The position numbers and the translations under genes were made by a program. From Phallusia mammillata (taxonomy: Eukaryota), in the NCBI GenBank assembly GCA_965637545.1, contig OZ281494.1:16368001-16432000 (forward strand): DNA of 64,000 bases, written 5' to 3'. The notes below the pieces were generated by a model. The model was given only the letters and a program-made list of their open reading frames with translations, did not search any database and was not told the DNA's origin. Below, one piece after another: positions 51,239 through 63,618 of this stretch. Each line of letters opens with the position of its first letter. Position 1 is the stretch's first letter.

Positions 51239-51883
51239 CACGCCTCCAACTTACTGTAAATAAAGTCCAAGCCTCCAAACTGTATGTTCATAACAAGGAA
51301 ATACTGCAAATGCGTGAGGCATGCTAACAGTGTTACGGTTGTCTTGCGTCATTGGACGACGTAACAATATTGTGTGGTGCGTCATGCACATTCAAAGACA
51401 TGGCACAAACGGGTATGGTGACTTTTGTTCGTTGAGGTTAAGACATAAATAACTGTGATTCAGTGGAGTTGCTCAGACACGTACCAGAATGTTTCAACCT
51501 TACTCATAGTGCCCACCTTTATTTATTGTAAAAGGACATTAGAACTTAGCGGTGACAAGATGTAATGACATCAGTTTTCACAGGTAAAAAAATTGTTGGA
51601 GTAGTTTTATTTGTTTGGATACATTTCGTTTCCAACAACATAACCCATTTTTATTTAAAGATGCTTTTGAAATAAATGATTACAAGCAAACAAATATTTT
51701 TTTCGTTTTTTTTTTCGTGTTTGTGGCAGCCACAGGAATTAGTTGTGTACAGATATGTAGAAAACTCGTTCAAACATAACAAAATTATAAACACCGTCAA
51801 ATATATGCTTGGACACATCAATACATTACAGCATCAAAATTATTTGATTTTTATGAGCCATAGCATTTCTGCAACGTTAACAG

Positions 51884-52915
51884 CTACATAACATCGTAAC
51901 GACAAAGGGGAACGCCCCCGACAAATGCATCAAAGTTCCACATTCCAGTGAGAGTGATTGGGACATTCGGTTTTGTGGCAACCGTCCATCCGACATTTTC
52001 ACCACGAGACCCAGGAAATCCATTGGCCCACTTTACTTACACTGGTCCGCCGTTAAGACTTTGTAATTGCCCATTCTACACAAGAACTCATATTATTTGC
52101 GGGTTGGAAGCTTGTTGTTATTCAAAACTACAGAGAAGGTTATGTAAATAGTTTCACCTGACAAGTTGACCCGAGCCAGACTTCAACGACATTGTTGGAG
52201 GGTTTGTCAATGTAGACATTCCATGTTTTTTGAACGTATGTGTACAGTACTTACATTTCTTGGGTTTCGATGTCAACCAGCGTTCCGCCCTGGTAGCTGC
52301 AGAGATCAGCTGCTGCTTGCTTGCTTCCACCCGCATTATAGGAAGCAATAATTAGCGGCAGGTGGTAGCAATATCCATTGTAGACGATTCCAGAACAATT
52401 GAGCTTGGCTTAAAATAGCGTAAAGTTTAGTGTGTAATAAATAGTTAGATTAATTGAAAAGCATGATGGCCCAGCTTTAAGATCGGCTTTGAACTTTAGA
52501 CTAATTGAGATGTTTTTGATCTATCGGCACCGGCTTAAAGTCTCTTGGATATGATAAAGCCACCGGCTAACCTCAAACACGACGTTACAGTTTTGAGGGG
52601 CATGGGCCCTGGTTGATAACCACTGTTATAGAGATTGGTCGCTATAAAAAGGCAACTACCTTGAACGATCGATTCAATTCTACGATCTATTTCACTCCAG
52701 TCAGGTCGACTAGCTTGTCCTGGAGGTCCAACCGGTCCCTGTTTTCCAGGCAGGCCTTGGGGCCCCACTGGACTACCGTTTCCGTTTTGTCGATTAAAAA
52801 TGCTTTGCACTGATCGGCAGAACATGTAATTTCCATCATTCTGTCCTTTGACTACTACCAGGCTGGTTGAAATTAACAGGCAATACAATAGCAGCATTTT
52901 AAAATGTAATCCCAT
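51884..52915 (-). pseudogene. Gene C2: mini-collectin copy with a premature stop in the CTLD
   Basis: A 3-nt deletion turns ATG TAT GAA GTA (C1) into ATG TAA GTA (TAA at 52251-53); the rest is colinear with C1. Confidence 0.82.
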
Positions 52916-53553
52916 GGTTACTTTTTAAATGTAAAAATATTTTAAGAACAAACCAGGACTCAACTAAAATGAAATGTGTTTGACACTGCACCCGCGCGAA
53001 ACGCACAAGTTTGTGTTCAGACGATTTATGCTATATGTTTAATGATTTCTAATCAGTGTTTAACACAGCCCTATGGAAGATGTCCTGATTCAAAACATGT
53101 TTTTGAGATTACTTTGCGCTTAAATAAATATTGTCCTCGATCAACTAACACAGATAAGAGAGGATTCGTGAACACATCACGTATGGTACATAACAAATAA
53201 ACAGATGCGCTGGATTGACTAAACGTTTTACTACTTGACTAATTTCACCAAACAGAATACAAAAATCGCAAAAACTACTGCATTAGTCTCGTTCACATTT
53301 TGACCTACATGTCAAACAAATCTAAAACTAATGCACATGTCAAATTCGTAGTGGAGGAACGCCGGTTTGACAATTGATCATACAACATGAACATAAATTA
53401 ATTACTGGCAATTTCATCTGATAAAAATCCCTCAAAGGCACTAGAAACATTAACTTCTGGAAACAAAAACGGAAAACATGTCACCACCATAACTCATTTG
53501 AACCAAAAATTTCCTACTCCTGTAGCTCTTAACCTTACCCTTACCGTTTTTAT

Positions 53554-53783
53554 CACGGGGTTCGACGAATCCCGATCAGGGTTTTTATGTCTGTATTTGG
53601 GTCAGGTGCGCGGGACCATTCGGACAAGTTCCTGTCCACCTTATGTAATCCCTTTTTTTCACGGGGTTCGAACCCAGGACACTCCCGGGGACGAATCCCG
53701 ATCAAGGTTTTTTTTTATGTCTGTATGTGGGTCAGGCGCGCCAGACCATTCGGCCAAGTTCCTGCCCCACCTTATGTAATCCC
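53554..53783. repeat. Two tandem ~105-125-bp units (CACGGGGTTCGA...ATGTAATCCC)
   Basis: Units start at 53554 and 53660; only a partial related unit in copy A (~20725-20810). Confidence 0.7.
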
Positions 53784-54877
53784 ATCGATAATTTTAAGAA
53801 CTGTGCCTGTTTAACGCCACCTAACGGTTTTTTAAAACGTTGTTGGTTGTACCTATGGTGATAGTAGTTCTACTAAAAAAACAACTATTGTGTCTGCTAC
53901 ACCATCGGTTTAAGATCAACCATGAAATGACAACATTAAACATAAAACATCGAGCTTTTACGCTGCTGTTAGTCCACTTTGCTAAAAAAATTAAAGGTCT
54001 TAACGTCGATAATAGTGCACTTGAAATATTTGATGACATATTGAACAAGCGGTTTAACTGACGGCGTGATTGTTTGGTAGCAAATATTTAAGTTCAATGC
54101 ACTGAAATTGCTTTCTTTAATTTAACTATGCAACAACAAACCTATGTGTATTTGCAAGCTAGAATCAGAGCTTTCAGACCATTATTGAAAAGTGTTGAAG
54201 TAAATTGCAGCGATACTGTTGTACGTTAATAAAAAAAATTTGTTCCCTTTTAGCCTAAAACATCTTTTTTGTGTGTGGACATTCTAATGACTAACAACTT
54301 TAGCTTGTCAAAACCATTTCTGTTTGTTGTTAGTGGAAAACAGGCATCGCTTTAATTTTATGGTGAAAATTACATCTTAATAACTTTATCGTGCCGAAGA
54401 CATCCAGCAAGTTCGTCGTAGTATTCGAATCCCTGTAATTTTATTGTTGCAATGTGACCATGGTAATTTCATCGCAATCGTAGTATGTTACATTGCAGCA
54501 ATTTCATCGTGATATTGGCTCTGATTTTTTTGCTCAGATTATTCAAAACCGTGAATAGTGTACCTAAGTTCATCGACATTTTCGAAAGTGTTACTTGCGC
54601 CATATATTCGAACTTTTTATATCGAACTTCGTTGCAAGTAAGTTCTGGTGTTAATATATTTTCGGTGATTTGGCGGTTTTGGGCCCTCGGTTTACTCCAT
54701 AAAGTTTAGCAAGTAAACCATTTTGTTCTTTTCTTCGCTGATTAGCCACATTAATTTTTCCCCCTTTTTGTGTCACGACCCAAATGTCGAACAGATATAA
54801 CAATCTTGGAGGACTGGAGGTACAAAATTTGTAAATAGAATCGGTTACCATTGGTGAATTTGCAATTGCAGTTAAGT

Positions 54878-55968
54878 TAGGGTTGCCATTCGTCCGGATT
54901 TTCCCTGACGTGTCAGGGAATTTAGTGTTTAAATCTGCGTCAGGGAGAAATGTCAAAATGTACCTAAAAGTCCGGAATTCAAGAAAAATTATTTGTATAT
55001 ATTATAAAATTAATGTACCAACGGAGAAAGTTTCTAGTAGATAGCTACAACCGCGTCTATACCATGACACGATAAGAGGTAAACTGGCGGCGCGCAGGTT
55101 AACGTACCTGTTACTGTTTGATGTGTGTGCGCGCGTAACAATACCTGTTTGTTACTAGATATTTAACAATATGCGTTAAATACACAAATAAAAATCCGCG
55201 TCTCAAGAAAACACTGCATTCGAAGCTATGTGAGAACGTGGGAACTTTCATTTAACTGTGTACCTATTATGCAGGGAACTAACTCACAAAGTCGAATGCG
55301 TGAGACATCAGATTTTTTTACAGAGGCATTTTTCTTCAAATTTGAAAAGGTCCTTGTGACTCCCATCGTTTAATTTTTTTGGTTAAAAAAAAACTTAACT
55401 AAACAGAAGCCTGCGCAGAAAGTTAATTGACAAGGATCAGAGTATCGTATGTAACGTTTTCTCGTGTCGCCGTCCGTGTGACTTCCCAATATTCTAATTT
55501 ATTCCGGAATAGAAGTGTTTGGATCGCAAAAATGATCAACGCAGCGGTTCTCAGACTGGGGTCCGCGGTCCTTTAGGGCATTTTGCGGGGACCTCGAAAA
55601 GGTGGAAGTAATTCTATATCCTTATTTGGCGTCAGTTTGTGCAACTGGATAAGTTGAAATCAAAGTGAAAGTGAGAATCGACCGTCTCCATTGTTAAACA
55701 ATAGGCTTTATTTCATGACAACTAACAAAAATGCAATTGTTCGCGCACAATTGTAATGTTTTTGTCCTGTCTGTGATGTCAGATTTGGATCATTGTTATG
55801 CGCAATTTTGCATAACTAGCTAAAATCCTGCAATCAACTTTCGTTTTTCTGAAATACACATTCAGACTTACGTCAACACATTTAGACTTAAAGTTTGAGA
55901 AAAACTGGGTTCACGCAACCGAGATAAATTTTGTCAGGGATTGTGTTTCATAAAATATGGCAACCCTA
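54878..55968. mobile_element. hAT (Blackjack-like termini) element carrying a nested Charlie-type MITE (~55543-55907)
   Basis: TIR TAGGGTTGCCAT / ATGGCAACCCTA with a perfect TSD AGTTAAGT; empty site in copy A (~21945). The inner piece begins CAGCGGTTCTCAGACTGGGGTCCGCGG, like 22032. Confidence 0.88.
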
Positions 55969-57957
55969 AGTTAAGTGAAAAGACAATTACCGTTGAGCAA
56001 TTGTTTTAGAAACAAAATTGTGTGATGACTAAGAAAGACAATATTCGTCTTTAGCCGACAAAGTCCACTATTTAATGTACAAAGAGATACTATGTAAAGT
56101 ACACTTAATCGAGTGGTCATTTTTTAAAGGCAATGATAGAGTAAACATGAATTTGTTCGATTTGAGTTTAACTCACATGGAAATAGATCTATTGGACAAA
56201 CATTTTGTTAAACTTTCACATAGCCTACTAATCAAACAAAATCTAAATCAATTCTAAAAAGTGCATGCGTTTGGTCACATAGTTAAACGTGTCCAAGGTA
56301 CTTATATTAAACGTGTCCAAGGTACTTATAACAATAGTTCAGTACACGATTTAACCTATATGAACACATTTAAATACAACCATGTATGCAAATAAATTCT
56401 ACCAGTTCCAAACATTTTTTAAGCGTAGATACGTTCAAGAAGCACCATGCCCACACGTAGTAGCTGCCTAGATGGTGTAATCACACGATTGCGTTGTTTT
56501 TAGCGAACCAACTAAGTCCCCTGAATTTCACGCTTTGTACCTCACCGGATATGCCCCTTTGTTGGCAATTAAACAGCTTCTGTAGACTAAGACGGGAGAT
56601 AAGATTAGTTGGTCTTTCAACGCCAACGGAGCGATAATTGGTTTTCGAATTGTGCCATTGTTCGCGCAGCAGTGAGAAAAAGGTTCTAGTGAGTCCTTCA
56701 CACGCTTCGATGATCACGTTCGTGCGAATTAAAAGCGTGAATGGGTTGAGGGCGGATGTCACGAAAAAGGCGATATACTACACTGCGACGCCGCAGGAGA
56801 AACGGCGAGGTTCCAGCATTGCAGTTGTTCCAAACCAACCACTGTATTGGACTAATGTTACAGCATTTTAGTTTGGTTAACTTTATTTTTAGCCTGTGCT
56901 GTTGTGATTGAAGACTGAATGACACATCCATAAGTCAGTGCTACAGTTCAAAGCTGATTAGGTAGAACATAACGACCCACTTTACCGGATGTCAGGGCCA
57001 ACGCATCTACCCAGTAGTCAGCCACAACATACCTGAAGCCGCCAGCCACGTTAGATAATGACAGACTTTGCGTCAACGGAGGTACGCACAGTGTAATTTG
57101 GGCGCTTGCTCATAGCACTTTTCCGCTACTTAGTCTTATGGGTATGTGTTGAAAACTTTGTGTCACAGATTACAAGTTAATTGAGGATTGAGTTTGCTAG
57201 CAGGTCACAGTGTAATGAAAATTTATTCAATACCTCCTATTTATGCCATGTTATGTATGTTGCAGTAAAGGGGATGTTTGGATTAAATCAGTGTCATGTG
57301 CAAGAGATCAGAATCATTTATTATTACTTTGTCTGTCTTCTGTACCAGTGCTTTTTCGTTGAAGAGATGATGATTATGAAACGAAACAAATCATGTTTTT
57401 TAAAAAGCCTCGCATTCGTTGGATGCGCCGTCTACGTGTTTTAACATAACGATAAAACCTAATTGGAAAAGACGCTGTAAAAGTTTAAGCCAAAGCCCAG
57501 AGGATTCTTCCAGCTTATGTGTGGGCCCATGATCTATGGTTTAGTCACGATTTTACGTGTTAACCGACAGACAGATTTGCTTCTACCGTCACCCAGTTGT
57601 ATGACGTAGCAAGTAGCAACGTCTGACGCACCCTTGATCTGTCTCGAACATGTGGTCGCTTTTACTATGGCTATAAACGCGCCGAGCCGTTCGCTTTTAT
57701 CAGTGGCAGAATACCACTGACCACAAAGCCATAACCGCTTTTTTGTCGCAGGCATTTGTTGGCATGATTAATTTCGTCTCTAATTGACATAGCTTAGTGA
57801 GTTTTTAACGCTTTGACGATAATATACATTTATTGCTCATATATGAATACTTTTTTCTTAATTTCCAGTGAACATAGGAATTTAGGCATGGTTTCGGGTA
57901 CATACTAAATAAATAAGATAAAATCTGCGCAAAGGCTGATCTAGACTGCAATAAAGC

Positions 57958-60900
57958 ATGAACACAAATACTTCAAGCAACGTAAATGGCAGTACTGTGG
58001 TTTTCACCACTTTGATGTCACCATCGCAATCCGCCTCTTCTCTACAGTACCCACAAGTCGAGATCCCATTTCTAGTCATTGTCATCACTGCAGGTAAGTC
58101 AACAACAGAGTCTCATGTAAAGGAGCGTTGTATGTCTGTGTAAACATCTCAAGCCAATTTGATCATCGATATGGTGGTGATCGTATATCGTTTTAGTTGT
58201 TTGCAATGACAATTGCGTATAATTAATGTGAAGTTATTATATTCATTTGTAACAATTGACATTTTTAAAATTAATTTCTTCCGTATATTTCTCCTCACCG
58301 CTGCCACATTTAAAAAAAATCGAGGGTAACTTGATTACGTTTAAACCCGTGTAAACTTAGTGAGTTATTCAACGTAACCTTTTTCAATCCAGGAATTGTC
58401 GGCAACTTATTTGTGATCGGGGCTGCACTCACAGAAAAGCGACTTCGGAACATGGGCGTGGCTTTTATAATCAATCTGGCTTTCGCCGACCTGGTAATTA
58501 CAGCCTGGTATCTTCCGGTTGTGTTGGCCAATGTTATAAACGTAAGTCGGTGTAACTGATATTCATTGTGTTTGAAAGCCATAAAGCTCCGAAATGCACT
58601 TTTAATTTTATACAAACAAATCCTTACATTTGTGGCATACACTACCGATTCATTGTTGTAATGAAATTCTAAGTTTGGCAAACACATGTGACCAGTTGCC
58701 TTGCATCGCTAATTGAACATATCCTATTTGCTGTAGCTTCTCTAGAATGTTACTATTATAACCGACTATGGCTGTATGAAGACAGGTGCATGAAACAAGT
58801 TAAGTCAAAGCGCAACAAAGAATTGTAGCATATTAGTCTGTCATTTGAAACTGGTGCATTATATTAAAGAATTGATTGAAGTATATTTTTTTATGTGAAT
58901 AAACAGTGATTATTTAAACCTGCAGGAGTATATGAACGTCTTTGCAAATGTAACGTGGCTTTGTAGTCTGACCGGATTTTTGGCATCATGGTGTTGTCAA
59001 GTTTCTATGTCCACCCTTATGTTTATCGCCATTAATCGATATTGGAAAGTCACTCGAAATTCGACGTATCATCGATATTTCGGAAACAGGTATGTTTGTT
59101 GGTTTTTTTAATTGGATTTGTAATTGTCACTAAACGCCACCACCGAATAATCTGGTTATTTAAAATGTAAAGCTCGGCTAACGTATACCTTTAAACCTCC
59201 ATTATTACAATTTATAAAATTACAGAAGTCGAACGATTTTATTTTGCAGACAAATCGGTGCAATGATTGTTTTTGTTTGGATATATTGCTTTTTAGTAGC
59301 CCTTCCTTTGATCATTGGTTGGTTTGGTAAGTAAATTAACACAAATTCATTTTTTTATAATTGACTTTCAGTCTGTATGCTATGTAATCCTTATACTCAT
59401 CAGAATGTACTAGTAACTAGTAGGATTCTCGTGTAAGTGAAAAGGGTGTTTTATTCGTTCAATGAGCAAAACTTAGATAACATTGCTTTAAATGGTTGAT
59501 TTTGGGTCAAAACGCCCTTTCATTGTAACACAAATAGTCCATGAAATTTTTAACTATGGATTGAACAGGTCTGTAGTGTTAACAAATGTTTTTATGCACT
59601 TTGGTTTAACATTTTAGGAAGCGAACCGCTGATGAACTACGACACCAGAATGGTAGCATGTATGTGGAACGACACTGCTCAACCCGGCTACAACGTGTTT
59701 CTTGTGGTCGTCGCTATCTTTATTCCAATAGTCATAACCGCGATTCTTTACTATCGAATTTTCTCGTAAGTTATGATTCATTTTACATGTTTAATCGTTG
59801 CGTTTATTTTTAACGCAAACTTTGCAAGCGGTCGCTGCGGTTGATTAAAATACTGACTGATACTAAACGACTCGTATTTAATCACCTTTAGATAAATTTT
59901 GACCAGAATTGCTATTGCTAACCTGGCTCGATGTATTTTGCAGCCACGTGAAAAAAAATCGAAAACCGACCAGACAGATCGCTTCGCCCAACGCCAGCGC
60001 ATTAAGAGCAAACCAGGTAAGACTAAAATTACTACAGATTAACATTAACCGAGATATGACAAAATCAGGGGCCGTAATAACCCCTCAGAATATCACATTA
60101 TTCATGTGGTAAAGTTGCGACCGTGTCAGTGAAATGCTTTTAATCAATCAATCGTTCTGTTTTACCAGCGAACGCAAATTTTAAATTGAAAATAAACACC
60201 ACAGTAGGAAGGCATAGGGGGCAATTAAAATGCTTTACATCTACAATTCAAATCTAATTTGAGGCAGGAAAAATTGATATTTCCTAATCAATATGTTGAC
60301 ATTTTGACGTTTTGACGTTTAAAAATATTTATTATAACTCAGTGCGTATAGTAGCCAGACATGCAACACGCAATGGTTTATCGATTCGTGAGAATCAATT
60401 GAATGATTTTGACAGCTAATAAACATGCCGTAAAATCCAGTTTAAATACTTACATAGACGTCAGCTGAGGCGGTTTTAGTTGTAATTGTAACCGTTATCG
60501 CGCCAAACAACTTCTACTTACTTTGGTAGGATGCAAAATACGCACATGGCATCCTATGGATTTTGGCAATGTGTTTTAGAATGCATTTTAGTTTTATTAG
60601 TTAAATACAGATGAAGTTTGAATGCTACATACAAGTTATGCTTATCGGATTAATCATGGAAAAATATTTTTTTTTAGCGAAGCATGGGATCCAGTGTGGA
60701 CCATTCCCTAGCTGATGAAAACAGCACAGTGAGTCAGCAAAACGCAGTTCGGACTCACCATACGAGGCAAAGTTCAATCACAAATCACAAATCTTTACAT
60801 ACAAAGCGGGCAGAGGAACGTGAAAGAAGTTTGATGACCACCCTCGTCGTGGTGGTAGTCTTCTTTGTCCTCTTTTGGACTCCATACGCACTCATGACCT

Positions 60901-62250
60901 TGATTGACCCGAATGGAACTTCCCTTGCAAAACGCGCATGTGGTTGGCTGGCTTTGAGTAATAGGTAAGACGTTTTTGTATTGTACGTGTTAGGTGCTAT
61001 GCACGGGTTGTGGCTAAAATCTTTAGGATATCTTAAACTCCCAATTTGAACTTAATGTACCACTATCCCCGGGCTTTGTTAAATTTTAAAAAAATGTTTG
61101 CGATAAAAATATCCGTAGGCTATTTGGAAAAGGCAGGTTTGTGTCACCTGTCACCCACATTGCGTTTTTGTTGGCAATCGGTCCAATCGCGTTCAATAAT
61201 TCATATTTGGAAACAGGAACGCCATTTTAGTCACACGCTTCACTGCTGTTCCAACCGCAATCAATATTGACTATATTATAGGCCATAATTGTAAGCTCAA
61301 ACGGCATTAAGAACAATTTTGTTAAAACACATATAGCTCGGTTAAAAATAGTGATGACAAACGTAATATTGATGCTCCGTAATGTCGACAAACATATTAC
61401 CTCGAATTCACTATAATCAAAATTAGTGATTAAACCCTTGGGAGGTGTTATTGTTATCAAAATATCAGTGATGCTGTTTCCTAATCAATGTCAATTTCCC
61501 TTTTCCTGCCACATGGCGCCTGGTAAAGGAAGTACTGCGAAAATCAAAATAATAAATCCCTTCTGGTACACAGAATTCTAACCAGAAAAATCGTTGACGT
61601 CATAGTCAATTTCCCCTTTCCTACCACAAGGTGTTTTGGTCTTAGAGAGATAAAGATCAATTTTCATATTGCGGCTTAAGTTTCGACCTAAACATGTCCA
61701 GCGATCTGTCTAAACCTCATTGTGGTATAGTTGTTCTTGAAATGACCCTGGATGTGGTTACGTTTGCGCACTGTTTCTGTGTAACGTTGAAGTAAATATC
61801 TACGTTTCATGTAGAGATTGGTGGTTCCACTGTATGTTTGATTCAAACATATCTGTCATGCAGGTCTGTTGCACCCTAATGAGTTTGTCGCTGTTTGTTC
61901 GCCATTTTTGTGATGCAATTGTGATGTTGACAGCAGTACTGAACTCATACAAGAGCTGTAGAACATATGGTCTACTACTGCTTCCTTGATAAATACATGT
62001 TAAACAATCCAATCTGTTTCCACACAGCTCAGTGAACAGTATCATCTACGGCGTTCTCAATCGGCATTTTCGACGAGGTTACATCAACATTATACGTCGT
62101 ATGATGAACGCCGTTTGCTGTTGCCTGAAATCTCGATTGCTTGATCTAACCTTGTCAGGAAAGATCTCACAGGCGGACCCACGAAAAGTTGTACGAGTAT
62201 CGTCCGGGCCACAATCGGATTTTAAATCCCAAACAGTTAAGTTTGGTTAA
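57958..62250 (+). CDS. Melatonin-receptor-like class A GPCR, 8 exons, 418 aa
   Basis: Exons 57958-58093, 58393-58541, 58926-59089, 59250-59326, 59618-59765, 59944-60016, 60678-60964, 62028-62250 (1257 nt, all phases close). Motifs: GNLFVI, LAFADL, IAINRY, YDTRMVAC, FWTP, NSIIYGVLNRHFR. Confidence 0.9.
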
Positions 62251-62609
62251 CAACCTGGTTTGATTAGAGGTTGGACACTATTCCAGATCTCAGGTTTGCT
62301 AACAGCGCGATATTTCCGAAGTTCCCGATGAGCTTCAGATGTGAATAAATTATGTTTCGTTCAATTCGATTTGAGTACCCTCAAATTTGGGTACATGCGC
62401 TGCCTTAACCATTAACATGTTTAAGCTATCTACTGGTACTCTGTAACACCTCATTCTAGTCACATTGCCTACACAATGTATGTGCGGTTTGCGCTTGTAA
62501 TCACACGGTTACCTCACTGACGTCTCGGTTTTAATAAATAGGAAAAGTTGTAATCACATAACACAGCTAATTGAACATTCCCGCAGTATAATGCATTTTT
62601 GTTCTTTTA

Positions 62610-63618
62610 TTATGGGTCCCGTTCCCTGAAGGGGACGCATCTTGATTTCACTATGTTTGTTTGTTTTTCTTTTCTTTTTCTCCGGTGAAGTTTGTCCATG
62701 CACTTTTGGCATGAAATCTTTGGTGAATTTGGATGAAACTTTCACAGATGGTAGATATAGTTATGCAGATGTGCCATCTGCTTTGTTTGACTCGATAACC
62801 CCAGTATTTACCCCGCTAGACCCCAAAGTGTAAAACATTTTTGTATGTTGCTGCGCACCACAAACAAAATATTTCTGTGGTAGAATGGTATAATAAAGGC
62901 AACAGAACATATGCTACTTGTGTTTGTGCATTTCTAGGTGGGCGTTTTTGTAAATGCCAGTTAGAGGGGTCTTAACAGCCTTATGACGTCAGAAGCGTTG
63001 ACGAGTGTTGCTTATAGCACCTCTAGTGGCCAGAATTTTAAACATTGTCTGAATTGAATAAAATTTTACATGACTGTTGATTGGGTCATTGTGATTTCAT
63101 AGTTCATACGTTTGGGTGTTGAACCCCATCAGTTACCCCACTAACCCCTAAAATGGGTCAGTTTTTCAAACGGTGTCGGAATTAGATGAAATTTGGACAG
63201 CTTGTAAGTTAGAATTTGTCATTTATAGGTGTCAATTGTTGTGTTTAACCCTGCTAGAGGGGTATCTAGCCCCCTAAAATGGGTGAATTTTTTAAACATT
63301 GTCCGAATTGGATGAAATTTGGACAGCTTATAGAGTGTGCTATTTATAGTTGTTGTGAAATTTGCCATTAATAGGAGCCGATTATTGTGTTTTAGCCTAT
63401 TTTCTCACTATTTAACACTTTTTTCTCAGATAGACCATAAAATAGAAGAACCTTCAAAAATGTATTAATGGAATAAGTTTAAATAGTTTGTACTCCTTAT
63501 AACATATTTATTTATGTAAAGCACCGATCACTGTGTTTGACCTAACAATACCAAACTTTCTCATTGTTATCTCTTGAAATGCATTATTTACAACTTTGCA
63601 TGTGTGGGGGACCCATGA
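62610..63618. mobile_element. Possible non-autonomous DNA element with an internal 126-bp-period repeat
   Basis: Short inverted ends ATGGGTCCC / GGGACCCAT; CCCCTAAAATGGGT...GATGAAATTTGGACAGCTT repeated at 63145 and 63271; no TSD seen. Confidence 0.3.

Larger units (their letters stand above)
34247..56982. repeat. Segmental duplication copy B (visible match to copy A)
   Basis: Colinear with 1-23850; near-identical over Y and X, visibly more diverged over the P ectodomain, C and the intergenic part. Confidence 0.95.

Noticed and set aside
56480-56930. GC-richer intergenic segment with 77-93-aa ORFs, also at 22850-23730
   Set aside because: ORFs are not preserved between copies (one is interrupted by a MITE) and show no recognisable domain.
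62642-62833. 63-aa ORF with a hydrophobic N-terminus
   Set aside because: Starts at TTG, the hydrophobicity comes from a T-rich tract, and it lies within a probable repeat.
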